The position numbers were made by a program, and so were the translations under genes. Below the pieces are notes generated by a model. The model saw only the letters and a program-made list of their open reading frames with translations, searched no databases and had not been told where the DNA came from. A stretch of DNA of 63,665 nucleotides, filler included, from Octopus bimaculoides (lineage: Eukaryota), in the NCBI RefSeq assembly GCF_001194135.2. It is 4 parts of 4 records of this genome, joined end to end, with 100 filler letters (N's around TTAATTAATTAA, not from the genome) between each part and the next. Parts side by side here need not be neighbours in the genome. Positions count along the whole stretch, not along the records: positions 56,548 to 63,665 come from NC_068982.1; 3 more parts are not named here. One strand, 5' to 3'. This document shows positions 62,686 to 63,665 of this stretch, piece after piece. The first letter of the stretch is position 1; each line of letters starts with the position of its first letter.

Positions 62686-63200
62686 TGTGTAACCTTTTTC
62701 CTGTAATATAGCGGTTCTTGCGGTCATCTTACATGTTTTTATAAATAAAATAAAATTTCAAAAGCGTTTTGGAATCAATATTGTTTTTGCTAAAGCCTAC
62801 CGCTTTCAATTATTTTTTCTCTTCACTCTTTACTCTTTGGCCTTTCAGTAATTGCTTGGTGATTTAGTGCTGTGAATGACGCTACATTCCTGCAGATAAT
62901 ACGATGAAATTGCATAGTTGTTTTAAATATGTTATTCATGTTATTTGTTTATGCGCAAACACATTTTTTGTACACTACTATTCCAAAATGTGTGGGTTTT
63001 TGCTCAAAACTTTCTATCGTGGTTTCAAATCTTGAATATCCGTTTTAAAGTTTTCCTTTTCTGTTGCTCAGGTTTAGTTTAAAAAAGGAAGCGTGAGACC
63101 CAGGGATACGTATGTTGTACTTTCAGCTTTTGTTACACTATTCCCATATCAATTAGTATATATTTGGTCCTGTTGTTTCACTCACTTCGTTTCTTAGTAT
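62686..63200 (-). mobile_element. Heavily decayed PLE pre-RT/RT-start fragment
   Basis: SLGLTLPF..EKENFKTDIQDL; ALNHQAITERPKSK (cf. AL..L....I.RP.DKG); TARTAIL (cf. ARTP.LYGLPK). Confidence 0.4.
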
Positions 63201-63375
63201 TTATACATTTATATATATATATGTATGTACATATGTATGCATGAATGCATACATGTACGCGTGCATGCATGTCTGTCTGTCTGTTTGTGTGTCTGTCTCT
63301 GTGTATGTGGGTGTGTCTGTCTGTATGTATATATTTATATATACAGATCTATCTGTCCCCTCTCTCTCTAGCTAA

Positions 63376-63433
<58 letters not shown>

Positions 63434-63665
63434 TTTTCTATCTATCTATCTATCTATCTATCTCTATGGACGGACGGTAGACGTGTCGGCTCTGTAAGTT
63501 TTGCCTTTTTCATGTTTTAAAAAGTTTGTTTGTAAAATTTATTTTATATACAAAGTTGTATAACAACTTGTAGACTCTCTGGTGCAAGTTTTTTGCGACG
63601 GAAATCTGCCCTGTGTGGCACATTTCCAGGATATAAAAACCAATTTCGGCTTTCTAGCCATTTTT

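Overview
AT-rich, microsatellite-dense animal genomic DNA with many N gaps. The SINE families strongly resemble those of Octopus (inference from remembered consensus sequences, not a database search). Three 100-bp spacers (44 N + TTAATTAATTAA + 44 N) mark artificial scaffold joins. I can support no intact host protein-coding gene, rRNA, tRNA or CRISPR array; almost all ORF-track entries are microsatellite or N artefacts. The window is a mosaic of several tRNA-derived SINE families, decayed RTE and L1/Tx1 LINE pieces, Penelope-like element (PLE) remnants and MITEs. Two things stand out. (1) About 14 type-I hammerhead ribozyme (HHR) or HHR-like motifs. These include canonical or near-canonical ones at 46955-47020, 39483-39534 and 61887-61948, a ~500-bp HHR-bearing unit found at four loci in tandem and fold-back arrangements, and an HHR pair 364 nt apart; together they look like retrozyme/PLE-derived elements that could produce circular RNA. 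(2) Two tandem ORF1-only (HAL1-like) zinc-knuckle elements that both end at the same SINE motif (GTATTTYGTCT), suggesting SINE-targeted retrotransposition. All folds were done by eye and no activity is demonstrated.
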